Below are positions 27,946-39,236 of a DNA stretch of 64,000 nucleotides, piece by piece. The notes under the pieces were generated by a model, which ran no database searches, was not told the origin of the DNA, and was given only the letters and a program-made list of their open reading frames with translations. Origin of the DNA: Rhodothermia bacterium (GTDB taxonomy: Bacteria; Bacteroidota; Rhodothermia; Rhodothermales; UBA2364); contig JAFLBZ010000011.1 of NCBI GenBank assembly GCA_017303715.1, positions 36,375-100,374 of the forward strand, written 5' to 3'. The translations under genes and the position numbers were made by a program. Position 1 is the stretch's first letter. Each line of letters begins with the position of its first letter.

Positions 27946-30399
27946 ATGAACCTGCATCGTTTTGCACACCTTCTATTGCTCTGTTTTTCTGTAGTGCCTG
28001 TGTTTTCGCAAACATCGGCAACTGTCAAAGGCAAAGTCTTGGATCCCGAAGGTAAATCTATGCCATTTGCTACCGTAATGCTCATGCGTAGTACCGACAA
28101 AGTATTTGTAAAAGGCGCACTCACCGACACCGCTGGTGTGTATGTATTGCCTAAAATTGCTTCAGGGCAATATTACGTTTCGGCTTCATTTGTCGGAACG
28201 AAAGGGGTTTCTTCCCAACCTTTTTCCGTCCAGGCAAGCGACCAAGTTGACGTTCCCACCCTACGATTACTTCCTGCCGAAAACAACACACAAGTGACCA
28301 TCACGGGGCAGCGGCCACTCATTCAGTTGGAACCAGACCGCGTGACGATGAACGTGGAGGGAACAACGAATGCCACAGGCGCAAATGGGCTTGAACTGCT
28401 ACAAAAAGCCCCCGGCGTTACCATAGACAATGATGATAACATTAGCCTTCAAGGGCGGAATAGCGTAAAAATTTACATAGACGGACGCCCAACACAAATG
28501 AGCGGGAAAGACCTTGCAAATTTCCTCCGCTCCATGCAGTCGAGCAATGTTGATAAGATAGATCTCATTACCAATCCTTCAGCGCGGTATGATGCGTCCG
28601 GTAATGCGGGTATCATAGACATTCGCCTCAAGAAAAACACGGCTTGGGGAACCAACGGAACCTTCTCGACAGGGGGCGCTCAAGGCCAAAATACACGATA
28701 TAACGGAAATGTGACATTTAATAACCGGAGCGCAAAAACCAATGTCTTTGGCTCGGTTGGGCACAATGGCGGCCCGAATGCCAATGACCAGCTCATTTAC
28801 CGTATCCAAGCCGGACAAATTTATGACCAAACCTCCAAAACAGTTGCCGACTATAACAATACCAACATGAAATTGGGCTTGGATTACACCCTAAGCAACA
28901 AAAAAACCATCGGGGTTATGGCCGATGGGAACTATGCTACGGGTACTTGGACTTCTAACGGACGTACACCGATCATGAATTTGGACAATACCCCAAAGGA
29001 ACTCTTGGTGGCGACCAACAACATTCCCGGCTCCCGAAACAACTTCAATGTAAATGCTAACTACCGCTTTGCAGATACGAGAGCCAGAAAGGAATTTAAC
29101 CTTGATGCCGATCGGGGCGGCTTCCGGAACCGAGGTGAATCTTACCAACCCAACACCTACTACACGCCCGATGAAGCTACGGTTCTGCGCAAGTTCATTT
29201 ACAAAAACAGTACACCCACCGATGTAGATATTTACACCTTGAAAGGGGATTATTCGCAACCTCTGGGGAAAGCAAAATTGGATTTGGGATTCAAGTTTTC
29301 GTATGTCAAAACTGACAATACCTTCGATTTTTGGGACGTGGTTAACAATGTGGACGTAAAAAACCTTGACCGTAGCAATACCTTTACGTTTAAGGAAAAC
29401 ATCAATGCTGCCTATGTTAACTATGGCAAGCGTCTTAATCCAAAGTTAAATCTGCAAGCAGGGTTGCGCGTGGAGCAAACAAACTCGGAGGGCCAGCTCA
29501 CAAGCGCCAAACCACAAACGGACGACAATGTAAAACGCACTTATTTGGATGTCTTCCCATCCGCCTCGGCAAGCATGAACCTAAATCCGAAAAACATGCT
29601 AAACGTATCTGTCACGCGCCGGATAGACCGTCCGTCTTACCAACAACTCAATCCTTTCGAGAATAAATTGGATGAGTTGACGTACCAAAAGGGTAATGCG
29701 TTTTTGAAGCCCCAATACACAAACAAACTTGATGTAGCCCATACTTACAAGTATAAATACACGACTACGTTTAGTTTTAGCCGTACCCGTGACTTCTTTA
29801 CCCAGATTATGGACACCACAGAGACGAACCGAATGTTCATCACCCAAAAGAACTTGGCCAAGCAAGAAGTCATGAGCCTAAATATCGGCGCACCCGTTCA
29901 GATCAAAAAAGGCTGGAATGCTTATTTGAATGCCAACGTTAACCGCTCCTTCTATAAAGCCGACTTTGGTAGCGGAAAAGTTATTGATCTGGCAACCCTC
30001 GGTTATACCTTTTATGGCCAAACCACCTATGCCTTGTCCAAAAACACCACCGCCGAGGCTTCCGGCTTCTATAACGGGCCTTTTATCTGGGGAGGAACCT
30101 TTAAAAGCAAGCCTATGGGTGGTTTAGACTTAGGCGTTTCGCAGAAATTATTTAATGACCGAGGAACCCTAAAAGTAACCTTCTCGGATGTATTGGGAAC
30201 CCTTCGCTTCCGTGGAACCAGTAATTTTGGTGGCCTTAATACTACGGTAGGTTCAACTTGGGAGGCGCGTCAGTTACGTTTTACCTTCTCTTACCGCTTT
30301 GGCTCGAACGAAGTGAAGGGCAGCCGTCAACGCAAAACAGGATCGGAGGACGAGGCACGCCGTAGCTCCGGTGGTGGCGGTGGGATCGGCAATAAATAA
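27946..30399 (+). CDS. TonB-dependent-receptor-like outer membrane beta-barrel protein with N-terminal carboxypeptidase-regulatory-like domain
   Basis: 817 aa. Signal peptide, VKGKVLDPEGKSMPFATVML (CarbopepD_reg-like), plug-like region, and aromatic-rich beta-strand periodicity. Confidence 0.85.
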   Translation: MNLHRFAHLLLLCFSVVPVFSQTSATVKGKVLDPEGKSMPFATVMLMRSTDKVFVKGALTDTAGVYVLPKIASGQYYVSASFVGTKGVSSQPFSVQASDQVDVPTLRLLPAENNTQVTITGQRPLIQLEPDRVTMNVEGTTNATGANGLELLQKAPGVTIDNDDNISLQGRNSVKIYIDGRPTQMSGKDLANFLRSMQSSNVDKIDLITNPSARYDASGNAGIIDIRLKKNTAWGTNGTFSTGGAQGQNTRYNGNVTFNNRSAKTNVFGSVGHNGGPNANDQLIYRIQAGQIYDQTSKTVADYNNTNMKLGLDYTLSNKKTIGVMADGNYATGTWTSNGRTPIMNLDNTPKELLVATNNIPGSRNNFNVNANYRFADTRARKEFNLDADRGGFRNRGESYQPNTYYTPDEATVLRKFIYKNSTPTDVDIYTLKGDYSQPLGKAKLDLGFKFSYVKTDNTFDFWDVVNNVDVKNLDRSNTFTFKENINAAYVNYGKRLNPKLNLQAGLRVEQTNSEGQLTSAKPQTDDNVKRTYLDVFPSASASMNLNPKNMLNVSVTRRIDRPSYQQLNPFENKLDELTYQKGNAFLKPQYTNKLDVAHTYKYKYTTTFSFSRTRDFFTQIMDTTETNRMFITQKNLAKQEVMSLNIGAPVQIKKGWNAYLNANVNRSFYKADFGSGKVIDLATLGYTFYGQTTYALSKNTTAEASGFYNGPFIWGGTFKSKPMGGLDLGVSQKLFNDRGTLKVTFSDVLGTLRFRGTSNFGGLNTTVGSTWEARQLRFTFSYRFGSNEVKGSRQRKTGSEDEARRSSGGGGGIGNK

Positions 30400-30421
30400 A
30401 CGCTTTTTTTATATCACAAAA

Positions 30422-30461
30422 GCCGTTTTCCAGGTACCGGAAGACGGCTTTTGCATTTTTT
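30422..30461. terminator. Strong, probably bidirectional intrinsic terminator
   Basis: 10-bp stem GCCGTTTTCC / GGAAGACGGC (one G-U pair), 7-nt loop, followed by TTTTGCATTTTTT. It is A-rich upstream. Confidence 0.8.
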
Positions 30462-30550
30462 AATTTTTAGGATTGGGCGATAAAGGCGTAAGTTTGAGGA
30501 CTCATCCATGTTATCAAAAAGGAGAAGCATCCGCATTGTTCCCGCACTGC

Positions 30551-31702
30551 TTAGACTGGTCTTCGCCAGCCAGTAAATAAAACGTCATTCCCGATCATTT
30601 CCCAAGTATGGTCAACAAAAGTCTTCGCTTCCTTCATGTCCGTAATACCCAACGTCCGGAAAGAAGGCATTCCCGCGCCCACCAATTTAGGTGCAATAAA
30701 CAAGGACAGACGATCTACGCGGTCTTCCCGCATCAAGGCTGTTGCCAGCTCTGGCCCAGCCTCTACCAAAAGAGACTGTACCACCAGTCCCAACTCGCCG
30801 CTTGCCATCCGACGGAATAAAGCGGACAAATCCAAATGACCGTTATGAACTGGGTTTTCCACAACTTTTCCACCTCCCGCGTGGATAAGCTCGGCATAAT
30901 CTGGCATAACACCTTCCGCAACCACTACCCACGTCCGGTTCACAAAGCCATCGCGGAATAATTGCAAGGTATCCGGCAGTTTACCTTCACGATCTAATAC
31001 CACCCGCAAAGGCTGCCTTCCCACGACATGCCGCACCGTTAAGGCAGGGTCGTCATGCAGGGCTGTTTGTGCACCAACCAATACGGCATCGTGACGGGCA
31101 CGCCACTCATGTACCTTTTTGCGGGCTTCTACACCCGTCACCCACTGCGAGTCCCCCGAAGCCGTTGCCACCGCTCCATCCAAGGTTTGTGCAATCTTGA
31201 GATGGATGTGTGGATAACTTGTGGCCAAATGATGCGTAAAAGCCTCGTTCAGGCGTTTGCAGGCATCCGTTAAAACGTTTTCCACGACTTCCACACCATT
31301 GATCCTTAACCGAGAAATCCCTTTTCCGGCCACTTTCGGATTAGAGTCCATCATACCCGTTACCACACGCGGAATCCCATGCTTTAGAATCAAGTCGGCA
31401 CAAGGAGGTGTTTTTCCATAATGGCTACAAGGCTCCAAATTAACATACAATGTACAAAATCTAAGTACTTGTTTTGAATAAACTTGTATTGCCTTATTTA
31501 TTGCCTCCACCTCGGCATGAGGCCCCCCGAAATAGCCATGCCAGCCTTCTGCCAGAAGTTCATTTTCTGGCGAAACCAAAACACAACCCACCAACGGATT
31601 TGGGCTTACCGCACCTGCACCACGCATGGCCAAGTCGAGACACCGCTGCATCCATTGTTCATGAACATCCCTCACCAACGTCCTCCTTGTTTTTTCTTTC
31701 AC
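30551..31702 (-). CDS. ribD: Bifunctional riboflavin biosynthesis protein RibD (deaminase/reductase)
   Basis: 383 aa. Deaminase zinc motifs HAE...PCSHYGKTPPC and a C-terminal reductase domain. GTG start as called; the start is slightly uncertain. Confidence 0.92.
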   Translation of the reverse strand: MKEKTRRTLVRDVHEQWMQRCLDLAMRGAGAVSPNPLVGCVLVSPENELLAEGWHGYFGGPHAEVEAINKAIQVYSKQVLRFCTLYVNLEPCSHYGKTPPCADLILKHGIPRVVTGMMDSNPKVAGKGISRLRINGVEVVENVLTDACKRLNEAFTHHLATSYPHIHLKIAQTLDGAVATASGDSQWVTGVEARKKVHEWRARHDAVLVGAQTALHDDPALTVRHVVGRQPLRVVLDREGKLPDTLQLFRDGFVNRTWVVVAEGVMPDYAELIHAGGGKVVENPVHNGHLDLSALFRRMASGELGLVVQSLLVEAGPELATALMREDRVDRLSLFIAPKLVGAGMPSFRTLGITDMKEAKTFVDHTWEMIGNDVLFTGWRRPV

Positions 31703-31776
31703 ATTGTGGATAACTTATGGACAACCATCTCGCGATGCCACGACGTGCGGTATATGCCAAGGCGCCCATTTTCAGC

Positions 31777-34700
31777 TCATCCCAAATTTGGCGCGAGCCA
31801 CCGACGCATATCATCAAGGGAAAATCCCTTACGCTGGGCGTAGTCGGTGAGTTGGTCTTCCCCGATTTCGCCTAAGTTGAAATAGTCGGCAGCAGGATGA
31901 GCAAAGTACAAACCACAAACGGAGGCGGCAGGAACCATTGCCAAGTTTTCGGTCAAAGAAACGCCAATGGCTTTTTCGGCGTTGAGCGCCTCGAAAAGGG
32001 TGATTTTCTCGGTATGATCGGGCTGGGCAGGGTAGCCGGGGGCAGGGCGAATACCCCTGTATTGCTCGCGGATAATGGCTTCGGGCGCAAGGTCTTCTTC
32101 AGGTGCATAGCCCCAATACGTGCGGCGAACATCGGCATGGAGCCATTCGGCGGCGGCTTCCGCCAAACGGTCGGCTAAGGCTTTGGTCATAATGGCGTGA
32201 TAATCGTCGTGGTCGGCTTCGTAACCTGCGGAGACTTGTTCTGCCCCATGCACTGTAACGGCAAATGCGCCCATATAATCCTGCCGATTGGCCGATTTCG
32301 GCGCGATAAAGTCCGCTAATGCCCGATTCGCTTTGCCGGAACCTTTCTGGGTTTGCTGGCGCAAGGTATGGAAGCGGCGCGTTTTGCCTTCTTCCACCGC
32401 GACCTCAAGGTCATCCCCCACCGAAACAGCAGGATATAACCCAAAAACGGCATGGACTTGTAAGGCATCGGTTTGAATCAAGTGGTTTAAAAGTGCATTT
32501 GCGTCTTCAAAAAGTTTACGGGCTTCTGCGCCGCGTTCGGGATGATCCAGAATTTGTGGGTATTTGCCCTTCATTTCCCATGCAATGAAAAACGGTGTCC
32601 AATCTATCCATTCGCGGAGGATTTGGAGTGGAATATTTTCAAAGACTTGTCGGCCTAATTCATTTGGACGGGTGATGGGCTGTGTTGTCCAATCGGTTTC
32701 TAAGGCATTTTGGCGGGCTATGGTTAGCGGCAAAACCGTCGGGCGGTTTGTTCTTTGGGCAAAACGTTCGCGTTCGGCGGCATAATCCGCACGAACTTCG
32801 GCGACAAAGGCGGCTTGTTGCTTGGCATCTATCAGCCGAGAAACAACGGGGACGGACTTCGAGGCATCCAACACATGCAGTACAGGGGCGCTGTAATGGG
32901 GTTCGATTTTAACAGCCGTATGGATTTTAGAAGTGGTTGCGCCGCCAATCAGCAATGGGGTTTTCATACCAAGCCGCTCCATTTCCTTCGCCACATGCAC
33001 CATTTCATCCAAAGAAGGGGTAATCAGCCCTGAAAGACCGATTACATCCACGTTTTGGGTTTTAGCCACTTCCAGAATTTTATTGGCGGGAACCATTACC
33101 CCTAAATCAATAACTTCGTAATTGTTGCAAGCCAAAACCACACCAACAATGTTTTTGCCAATATCATGCACATCACCTTTCACTGTAGCCAACAAGATTT
33201 TGGCTTGTGGTGCAGCATCGGCGGATTTACGGGCTTGGATAAATGGCTCTAAGTAAGCAACCGACTTCTTCATGACCCGTGCAGACTTCACCACTTGTGG
33301 GAGGAACATTTTCCCTGCGCCAAATAAATCTCCTACAACGCCCATGCCATCCATCAAAGGACCTTCGATGACCTTCAGCGCATCCCCTCCAAAACTTAGC
33401 CGCGCTTCTTCGGTGTCTGCGTCTATGTATTCCACCACGCCTTTCACTAAAGCATGTTTAAGCCGTTCAGTGACGGGCAAACTACGCCATACCTCGTCTT
33501 TGGTCTCCGTTTTGGTTCCAGATGTTTGCGCTTTGAGGGTTTCGGCAAAGGCCACAAGCCGCTCGGTGGCTTCGGGGTCGCGGTCAAAAAGTACCTCCTC
33601 AATTCTTTCGAGCAAGTCTTTCGGAATTTCGTCATAAATGGCAAGTTGCCCCGCGTTTACGATGCCCATGTCCATTCCTGCACCAATGGCATGGTATAAA
33701 AATGCGGCATGAATGGCCTCCCGCACCGGATCATTCCCCCGAAAGGAGAATGAAATATTCGATACGCCACCACTTACTTTGGCAGAAGGCAGGTTTTGTT
33801 TAATCCAGCGGGTGGCCTCGATAAAGGCACGTCCATACTGGTTATGGGTTTCAATGCCTGTTGCAATGGCAAAAATATTTGGATCAAAAATAATGTCTTG
33901 TGGCAGGAAGCCCACTTCTTCCGTCAAAATCCGATAAGCACGTTCGCAAATCTCAATTTTTCGTTCAAACGTATCGGCTTGTCCTGTTTCGTCAAAAGCC
34001 ATAACAATGACCGCCGCACCATAAGCACGGCAAAGTTGGGCTTGGGCTTTAAATGCCGCTACACCCTCCTTCATTGAGATAGAATTCACCACAGACTTGC
34101 CTTGTACGCATTTTAAGCCAGCTTCTAAGACCGACCACTTGGAAGAATCGAGCATAATGGGGACGCGCGAAATATCAGGTTCGGCGGCAATAAGGTTCAG
34201 GAACTTCACCATCGCCGCCTCCGAGTCCAACATGCCCTCATCCATATTAATATCAATGATTTGCGCCCCATTTTCCACCTGCTGACGGGCAATACTCAAG
34301 GCTTCTTCATAATTCCCTTCTTTAATCAAACGCGCAAACTTCCGCGAGCCAGTCACATTAGTCCGTTCTCCGATATTGATAAAATTCGAATCTGGACGTT
34401 GTACCAGAGGTTCCAAACCTGAAAGCCGTAAATAGGCGGGCACTTGAGGTAAACGACGGGGCGAAATACCTGCAACCGCTTGGGCAATAGCGGCAATGTG
34501 TTCGGGCGTTGTCCCACAACAACCCCCTACGAGGTTAAATAAACCTTCGCGGGCATACTCCGCCATGATGTCTGCCATAAATTCGGGCGAGTGGTCGTAT
34601 TCCCCAAACGCATTCGGTAGCCCTGCATTGGCATACAAACTCACATATTGCGCACAAACGGGAGCCAACTCCTCCAAATACGGACGCATGGACTCTGCTC

Positions 34701-35460
34701 CTAAAGCACAGTTAAAACCAACCGAGAGAAGGTTAGGCGCGTGCATCAGGCTATAATAAAATGCTTCTGGTACTTGCCCCGATAGTGTCCGACCGTTTTG
34801 ATCCACAATCGTGCCCGAAATCATGACGGGGATTTGCTGCTGGGTTTCGTCAATATATTTTTGAATGGCAAAGATGGCCGCTTTGGCATTCGCTGTGTCA
34901 AAAATCGTTTCAACCAATAAAAGGTCTGCGCCACCATCCACCAATCCCCGAATTTGTTCATGATAGACCGCCACCAATTCATCAAAAGTCACCGAACGGA
35001 AACCCGGATCGTTCACATCGGGCGAGATTGAGAGGGACTTACTTGTGGGGCCAATCGAGCCGGCTACAAAGCGGGGTTTTTCGGGGGTCGAGAAGGCATC
35101 TGCTGCTTTTCGGGCGATTTGCGCCGCCGCCACATTGAGTTCATAGGCAATATGCGACAAACCATAATCTTCTTGGGCAAGGGCTGTACTACTAAAGGTA
35201 TTGGTCTCGATAATATCCGCACCTGCTGCCAAAAACGCATGATGTACCGCTTCCACAACTTCAGGATAGCTCAGGCACAGCAAATCATTATTGCCCTTCA
35301 GGTCTTTTGGATGGTCTTTAAAACGATCCCCTCGAAACGCAGTTTCATCCAAAACGAAGCGTCCTGTTTTATGGTATTTTTGGAACATCGTACCCGTTGC
35401 ACCATCAATAATTAAAATCCGTTCTTGCAAAAGGTGCTGGAGTTGTTGTAAAGAAGTCAT
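31777..35460 (-). CDS. metH: Cobalamin-dependent methionine synthase
   Basis: About 1227 aa from the ATG at 35460 (the ORF track uses the TTG at 35475). Contains Hcy-binding, pterin-binding, B12-binding (GDVHDIGKN) and AdoMet activation domains. Confidence 0.97.
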   Translation of the reverse strand: MTSLQQLQHLLQERILIIDGATGTMFQKYHKTGRFVLDETAFRGDRFKDHPKDLKGNNDLLCLSYPEVVEAVHHAFLAAGADIIETNTFSSTALAQEDYGLSHIAYELNVAAAQIARKAADAFSTPEKPRFVAGSIGPTSKSLSISPDVNDPGFRSVTFDELVAVYHEQIRGLVDGGADLLLVETIFDTANAKAAIFAIQKYIDETQQQIPVMISGTIVDQNGRTLSGQVPEAFYYSLMHAPNLLSVGFNCALGAESMRPYLEELAPVCAQYVSLYANAGLPNAFGEYDHSPEFMADIMAEYAREGLFNLVGGCCGTTPEHIAAIAQAVAGISPRRLPQVPAYLRLSGLEPLVQRPDSNFINIGERTNVTGSRKFARLIKEGNYEEALSIARQQVENGAQIIDINMDEGMLDSEAAMVKFLNLIAAEPDISRVPIMLDSSKWSVLEAGLKCVQGKSVVNSISMKEGVAAFKAQAQLCRAYGAAVIVMAFDETGQADTFERKIEICERAYRILTEEVGFLPQDIIFDPNIFAIATGIETHNQYGRAFIEATRWIKQNLPSAKVSGGVSNISFSFRGNDPVREAIHAAFLYHAIGAGMDMGIVNAGQLAIYDEIPKDLLERIEEVLFDRDPEATERLVAFAETLKAQTSGTKTETKDEVWRSLPVTERLKHALVKGVVEYIDADTEEARLSFGGDALKVIEGPLMDGMGVVGDLFGAGKMFLPQVVKSARVMKKSVAYLEPFIQARKSADAAPQAKILLATVKGDVHDIGKNIVGVVLACNNYEVIDLGVMVPANKILEVAKTQNVDVIGLSGLITPSLDEMVHVAKEMERLGMKTPLLIGGATTSKIHTAVKIEPHYSAPVLHVLDASKSVPVVSRLIDAKQQAAFVAEVRADYAAERERFAQRTNRPTVLPLTIARQNALETDWTTQPITRPNELGRQVFENIPLQILREWIDWTPFFIAWEMKGKYPQILDHPERGAEARKLFEDANALLNHLIQTDALQVHAVFGLYPAVSVGDDLEVAVEEGKTRRFHTLRQQTQKGSGKANRALADFIAPKSANRQDYMGAFAVTVHGAEQVSAGYEADHDDYHAIMTKALADRLAEAAAEWLHADVRRTYWGYAPEEDLAPEAIIREQYRGIRPAPGYPAQPDHTEKITLFEALNAEKAIGVSLTENLAMVPAASVCGLYFAHPAADYFNLGEIGEDQLTDYAQRKGFSLDDMRRWLAPNLG

Positions 35461-35672
35461 GCTACTTGAATGCAATTAAAGGTGGAAAACAAGACCGCAA
35501 GATACACCAATGCAAACCGTGTCTCACGGAAATTGAATAGAAGAAGCAAGGGACGTAAAAACTTAGCCACCCAAGAGGAAAGTTCAAACTTGTTGTAAAA
35601 GATACAGTTGATTCATTTCCTGAATACAGTTGAACAGCAAGAACAAGCCACAAATCGCCTTCGTCTGATGGC

Positions 35673-36199
35673 TTGTCGAAGAAGTCGGGTCTTCCGAGCG
35701 AAGCGGCCCAAAAGAGTGTCGGCCAGCCTGGTCACGAAAACAAGACGTTAAAGATGGTGGAAACGCCGGATGCGGTGGTCGTCCATCATGCCCCATTCTG
35801 CCCTTGTTGTGCCAAATCGTTTTCAAGTTCGGATGTGGCTGAGGTGGTTCAAAGACGTCAGGCATTCGATATTCCACAGCCCCTCCGATGGAGGTGACGG
35901 AGCATCGGTTGGGGGTAGTGGCCTGTTGTGGTCGCCAACACGTGGGTAGTCTTGTGTGATCTTTATTGAGAAAGCCCAAAGGCGACTCTCATCTTGGCCG
36001 ACAAGCCAAGCTGGAAGTTGGCGTTCGAGGAAATCTGCGACTCGACCTCTGACAAAGAACCGCCACCTATAAAAGGCAAAAGGGAAAACCAAAAAACTCG
36101 AAAGGCAAGAACCTACTTATTCGTTTGATCAATCATCAGGACGGTTGGCTGGCATTTGCCTTTAACGAAGCCGTCCCCTTTTATGGCAATCAGTATTGA
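35673..36199 (+). pseudogene. Decayed IS66-family transposase relic (frameshifted, internally deleted)
   Basis: GQPGHENKTL..VETPDAVVVHHAPFCPCC...RRQAFDIPQP, then in another frame PPMEVTEHRLGVVACCGRQHVG. This fuses to a distal fragment KGKPKNSKGKNLLIRLINHQDGWLAFAFNEAVPFYGNQ. The DDE core is missing. Confidence 0.6.
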
Positions 36200-36640
36200 G
36201 CAAGGGTTTATCATGCACTTTGAGTTTAGCGGGAAATCGTTTACACATCCTAATAAAACAGAAGTACACCTAAAGTAAAAATACTGTTCTAAATATCATA
36301 AAACAAATATTTTCCATTTTGATGGATTAAAAGATCGGTTAAATCAGGCAAAGGATCATGCACGGCAGCTTAATGTACGATATGATGAGCAAGAGGATTG
36401 GTAGAAGCGAAACCCGTATTGAAACATTTCTGATCTTATTAATTTTTTTAGACACCTAATTTATTATTATGACCAAGTTTCAGTAATAAATTACTTTGTT
36501 ACAATTTTCTTATAATGCAAAGTTAGCTAAAGAAGTACGACCACTATAGAGTTAACCCAAACGTACACGACTTTCTTCATAACTGTTTCAAATTTTGACT
36601 AAACTAATTTCACAAACAAACTCCTATCCTTTAATATCTT

Positions 36641-36662
36641 TATTTCGTAATTTCACGAAATA
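36641..36662. promoter_or_regulatory. Inverted repeat directly upstream of arsR, candidate ArsR operator
   Basis: TATTTCGT-aatttc-ACGAAATA (8-bp perfect arms, 6-bp spacer), ending 9 nt before the arsR ATG. Confidence 0.45.
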
Positions 36663-36671
36663 CGAAAGAGT

Positions 36672-36983
36672 ATGCCCGAAAACATGACCACCCTATATAC
36701 CGTTACGGATGAGAAACTAGCCCGTTATGCAAAGGCATTGGCACATCCAACACGAGTCTATATTCTACGGTTCTTAGCCCTCCAGTGCGGTTGTTTTGCT
36801 GGCGACATTTCCAACAAGCTACCCATTGCAAATTCAACAGTTTCGCAGCACTTGGCGGTCTTAAAAGCAGCCGGATTAATTCAAGGCACAATTAATCCGC
36901 CAACCATTAGGTACTGTATAAATCAACAAAATTGGCAAGAAGCCAAGCATATCTTCCAAGATTTTTTTCAGGAATGTTGTTAG
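36672..36983 (+). CDS. arsR: ArsR/SmtB-family metalloregulator
   Basis: 103 aa. [14 protein letters not shown] wHTH, a Cys pair in LQCGCFAGD at the position of the ELCVCDL As(III) site, and first position in the ars cassette. Confidence 0.85.
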   Translation: MPENMTTLYTVTDEKLARYAKALAHPTRVYILRFLALQCGCFAGDISNKLPIANSTVSQHLAVLKAAGLIQGTINPPTIRYCINQQNWQEAKHIFQDFFQECC

Positions 36984-37021
36984 CTATTTACAAATTCGTC
37001 TAAAAACAAAACGAAATCTAT

Positions 37022-38047
37022 ATGGAAAAGAAGTTAAAGTTTATAGATCGTTATTTAACACTTTGGATTTTTTTGGCTATGCTTTTGGGTATTATTCTTG
37101 GGAATTTTATTCCGAATATTTCTAAAATCATCAATTCATTTTCCATAGGGGCAACCAATATTCCTTTAGCGATTGGCCTTATTTTAATGATGTACCCACC
37201 ATTGGCTAAAGTAGATTACTCCTTATTACCACAGGTTTTTAAGGATCGAAAATCCATTTCAATATCTATCCTCTTAAATTGGGTTATTGGACCGATATTA
37301 ATGTTCTTACTCGCTATTCTATTTTTGAGGGATCAACCCGAATACATGGTTGGTCTAATCCTGATTGGTTTAGCAAGGTGTATTGCAATGGTTATTGTTT
37401 GGAACGACTTAGCTGGCGGAAACAGAGAATATGGAGCTTTATTGGTCGCTTTAAACAGCATTTTTCAAGTTTTTACCTATAGTTTTTACGCATGGCTTTT
37501 TATTAACATACTTCCTGCCAAGTTAGGCTTAGGCCAGTTCAACGTTTCTGTTCCTTTAAGCGATGTTGCCGAGAGCGTCTTTATTTATCTGGGAATACCC
37601 TTTCTTGGTGGATTTTTAAGCCGTCACTTTTTAATCAAAAGTCAAGGACATAATTGGTATAATCGAAAATTCATTCCGTTAATATCACCGATCACCTTGT
37701 ATGCACTTCTTTTTACCATTGTTTTAATGTTTAGCCTAAAAGGAGATAAGGTCTTACAACTCCCTCTTGATGTTATTAGAGTTGCACTTCCATTAATTTT
37801 ATATTTTTTCTTGATGTTTTTTGTGAGCTTCTTTATGAACAAATCAATGGGTATCCCTTACGATAAAAATGCTTCCATTGCCTTTACCGCTACTGGAAAT
37901 AATTTTGAATTGGCAATTGCCGTTTCTATTGCTGTATTTGGTATCCATTCTCCGCAAGCTTTTGTCGGCGTCATTGGCCCATTGGTAGAAGTCCCTGTCC
38001 TCATTATGCTGGTTAGTGCAAGTAAGAAAATTGCTTATAAACCATAA
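37022..38047 (+). CDS. acr3: ACR3-family arsenite efflux permease
   Basis: 341 aa, about 10 [13 protein letters not shown] conserved Cys region and the FELAIAV motif typical of ACR3. Confidence 0.92.
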   Translation: MEKKLKFIDRYLTLWIFLAMLLGIILGNFIPNISKIINSFSIGATNIPLAIGLILMMYPPLAKVDYSLLPQVFKDRKSISISILLNWVIGPILMFLLAILFLRDQPEYMVGLILIGLARCIAMVIVWNDLAGGNREYGALLVALNSIFQVFTYSFYAWLFINILPAKLGLGQFNVSVPLSDVAESVFIYLGIPFLGGFLSRHFLIKSQGHNWYNRKFIPLISPITLYALLFTIVLMFSLKGDKVLQLPLDVIRVALPLILYFFLMFFVSFFMNKSMGIPYDKNASIAFTATGNNFELAIAVSIAVFGIHSPQAFVGVIGPLVEVPVLIMLVSASKKIAYKP

Positions 38048-38134
38048 TTTTTCTGAACATCACTTAACCTAATACTTATATTCTTTAAAAAACTGTACAA
38101 AACTCAAAACATATAACCAAATCACCAATTATTT

Positions 38135-38773
38135 ATGTTCCCCAACTTACAAATTATCCTAAAGGAATTAAGCCAAAGATTCGAAGAAATTCCTTTAGAA
38201 CGAAAAATCATTTTGCAAAAAATGGCTACATATATCCAGTCAAAAATAAATCACAATTTACCGATTAACCTTGTTTTCATTTGCACGCACAATTCGCGTA
38301 GAAGCCACTTCGGGCAAATTGCCGCAGCAGTTTCTGCCCAGTATTACCACATAAAAAACGTCTATTCCTATTCTGGTGGCACTGAAGAGACGGCTTTCCA
38401 TCCAAATGCCATCCACGCGCTAAGGGGCTTAGGCTTCAAGGTTTCTACCCCAAACGAAGACTCGGCCAATCCAATCTGGGTGGTCAATTTCGGCGAGGCG
38501 CTGTCCACAACGTGCTTCTCAAAGGTTTTTAACCATCCGTCAAACCCCAAAAGAGACTTCGCAGCCATCATGACCTGCTCCGATGCCGATCAAAACTGTC
38601 CGGTCATTTTTGGAGCAGATTTACGGATTGGTACGAGCTACCAAGACCCCAAAAGTGCAGACGGAACCCCGCTGCAAAATGAAACCTACCAAGCCCGCTT
38701 TTTAGAAATTACCACCGAAATATTATATGCCTTTTCTTTGGTTAATCCCAAACCTATACCAGACGTGCTTTAA
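38135..38773 (+). CDS. arsC: LMW-PTP-family arsenate reductase-like protein with N-terminal extension
   Basis: 212 aa. CX5R P-loop in VFICTHNSRRS, and a second Cys region TCSDADQNCP. Last gene of the ars cassette. Confidence 0.75.
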   Translation: MFPNLQIILKELSQRFEEIPLERKIILQKMATYIQSKINHNLPINLVFICTHNSRRSHFGQIAAAVSAQYYHIKNVYSYSGGTEETAFHPNAIHALRGLGFKVSTPNEDSANPIWVVNFGEALSTTCFSKVFNHPSNPKRDFAAIMTCSDADQNCPVIFGADLRIGTSYQDPKSADGTPLQNETYQARFLEITTEILYAFSLVNPKPIPDVL

Positions 38774-39236
38774 GACCTCCTCTTCGCAAGTTTTTCAACA
38801 ATCGTAATGGTGATGACGTGCGTTTTGGATTAACCAAACGATCACCTTGATGGATAGTAGGTTTTCCTAAACGCCGCCATGCCATTGAGAAATGGTGTAG
38901 AAAATCTAATAATTGCACCATTAGAATAAATCATGTCAATTCAGATAAATTAATTCGTTTCATCACAGCAACGTAAAATCTACAATGCACATTATTTTTA
39001 GCAAGAGGTTGTGTAAGAAGTGTTATCGCTTATTTTTTTGGGACGGTATTTACCCTAACAGCAATTTAAAACCCATTAGACACATTGATTTAACAGGACG
39101 ATCTATTTGTACAAACTCACGTAAAAAATATATTTTAGAAGTTATCTTGGGTATTAACATAGAATAAGCATTATATCTCAATCAAAAAAGTATTATTTTC
39201 ACCCGTACAAGCCTTCAGGCACGACCTCTATCAAAT

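Noticed and set aside
27716-28021. Minus-strand 101-aa ORF (or a 52-aa version from M at 27874) antisense to the receptor leader and start.
   Set aside because: It overlaps the confident receptor start and has no recognisable family. Its sequence is unremarkable, and no independent signal supports it.
31705-31713. Perfect DnaA-box 9-mers TGTGGATAA at 20535-20543, 31209-31217 and 31705-31713. The last two share a longer TGTGGATAACTT string.
   Set aside because: Two are inside coding sequence, and the third is in a 74-bp metH-ribD spacer. There is no cluster of boxes, no AT-rich unwinding element and no dnaA/dnaN nearby, so this is not an origin. The shared 12-mer may be chance.
35476-35672. 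Searched the metH upstream leader for SAM, SAH or cobalamin riboswitch cores. Also noted a CUGAUGG...CGAAG string (35665-35685) resembling a hammerhead core, and a 9-bp direct repeat TACAGTTGA (35603-35611 and 35625-35633).
   Set aside because: No conserved aptamer strings were found (no B12 box, SAM-I GGAGGGA/GCAACC or SAH motif). The hammerhead-like string lacks the invariant CUGAUGA and flanking helices. The 9-bp repeat is too short to interpret.
38985-39167. Small ORFs in AT-rich spacers: 38985..39167(+) 60 aa; 17845..18084(-) 79 aa; a 45-aa minus-strand ORF at about 38760-38895.
   Set aside because: They lie in AT-rich non-coding flanks. They are Cys/Lys/Ile-rich with no motifs and no sensible start context, so they are probably spurious.
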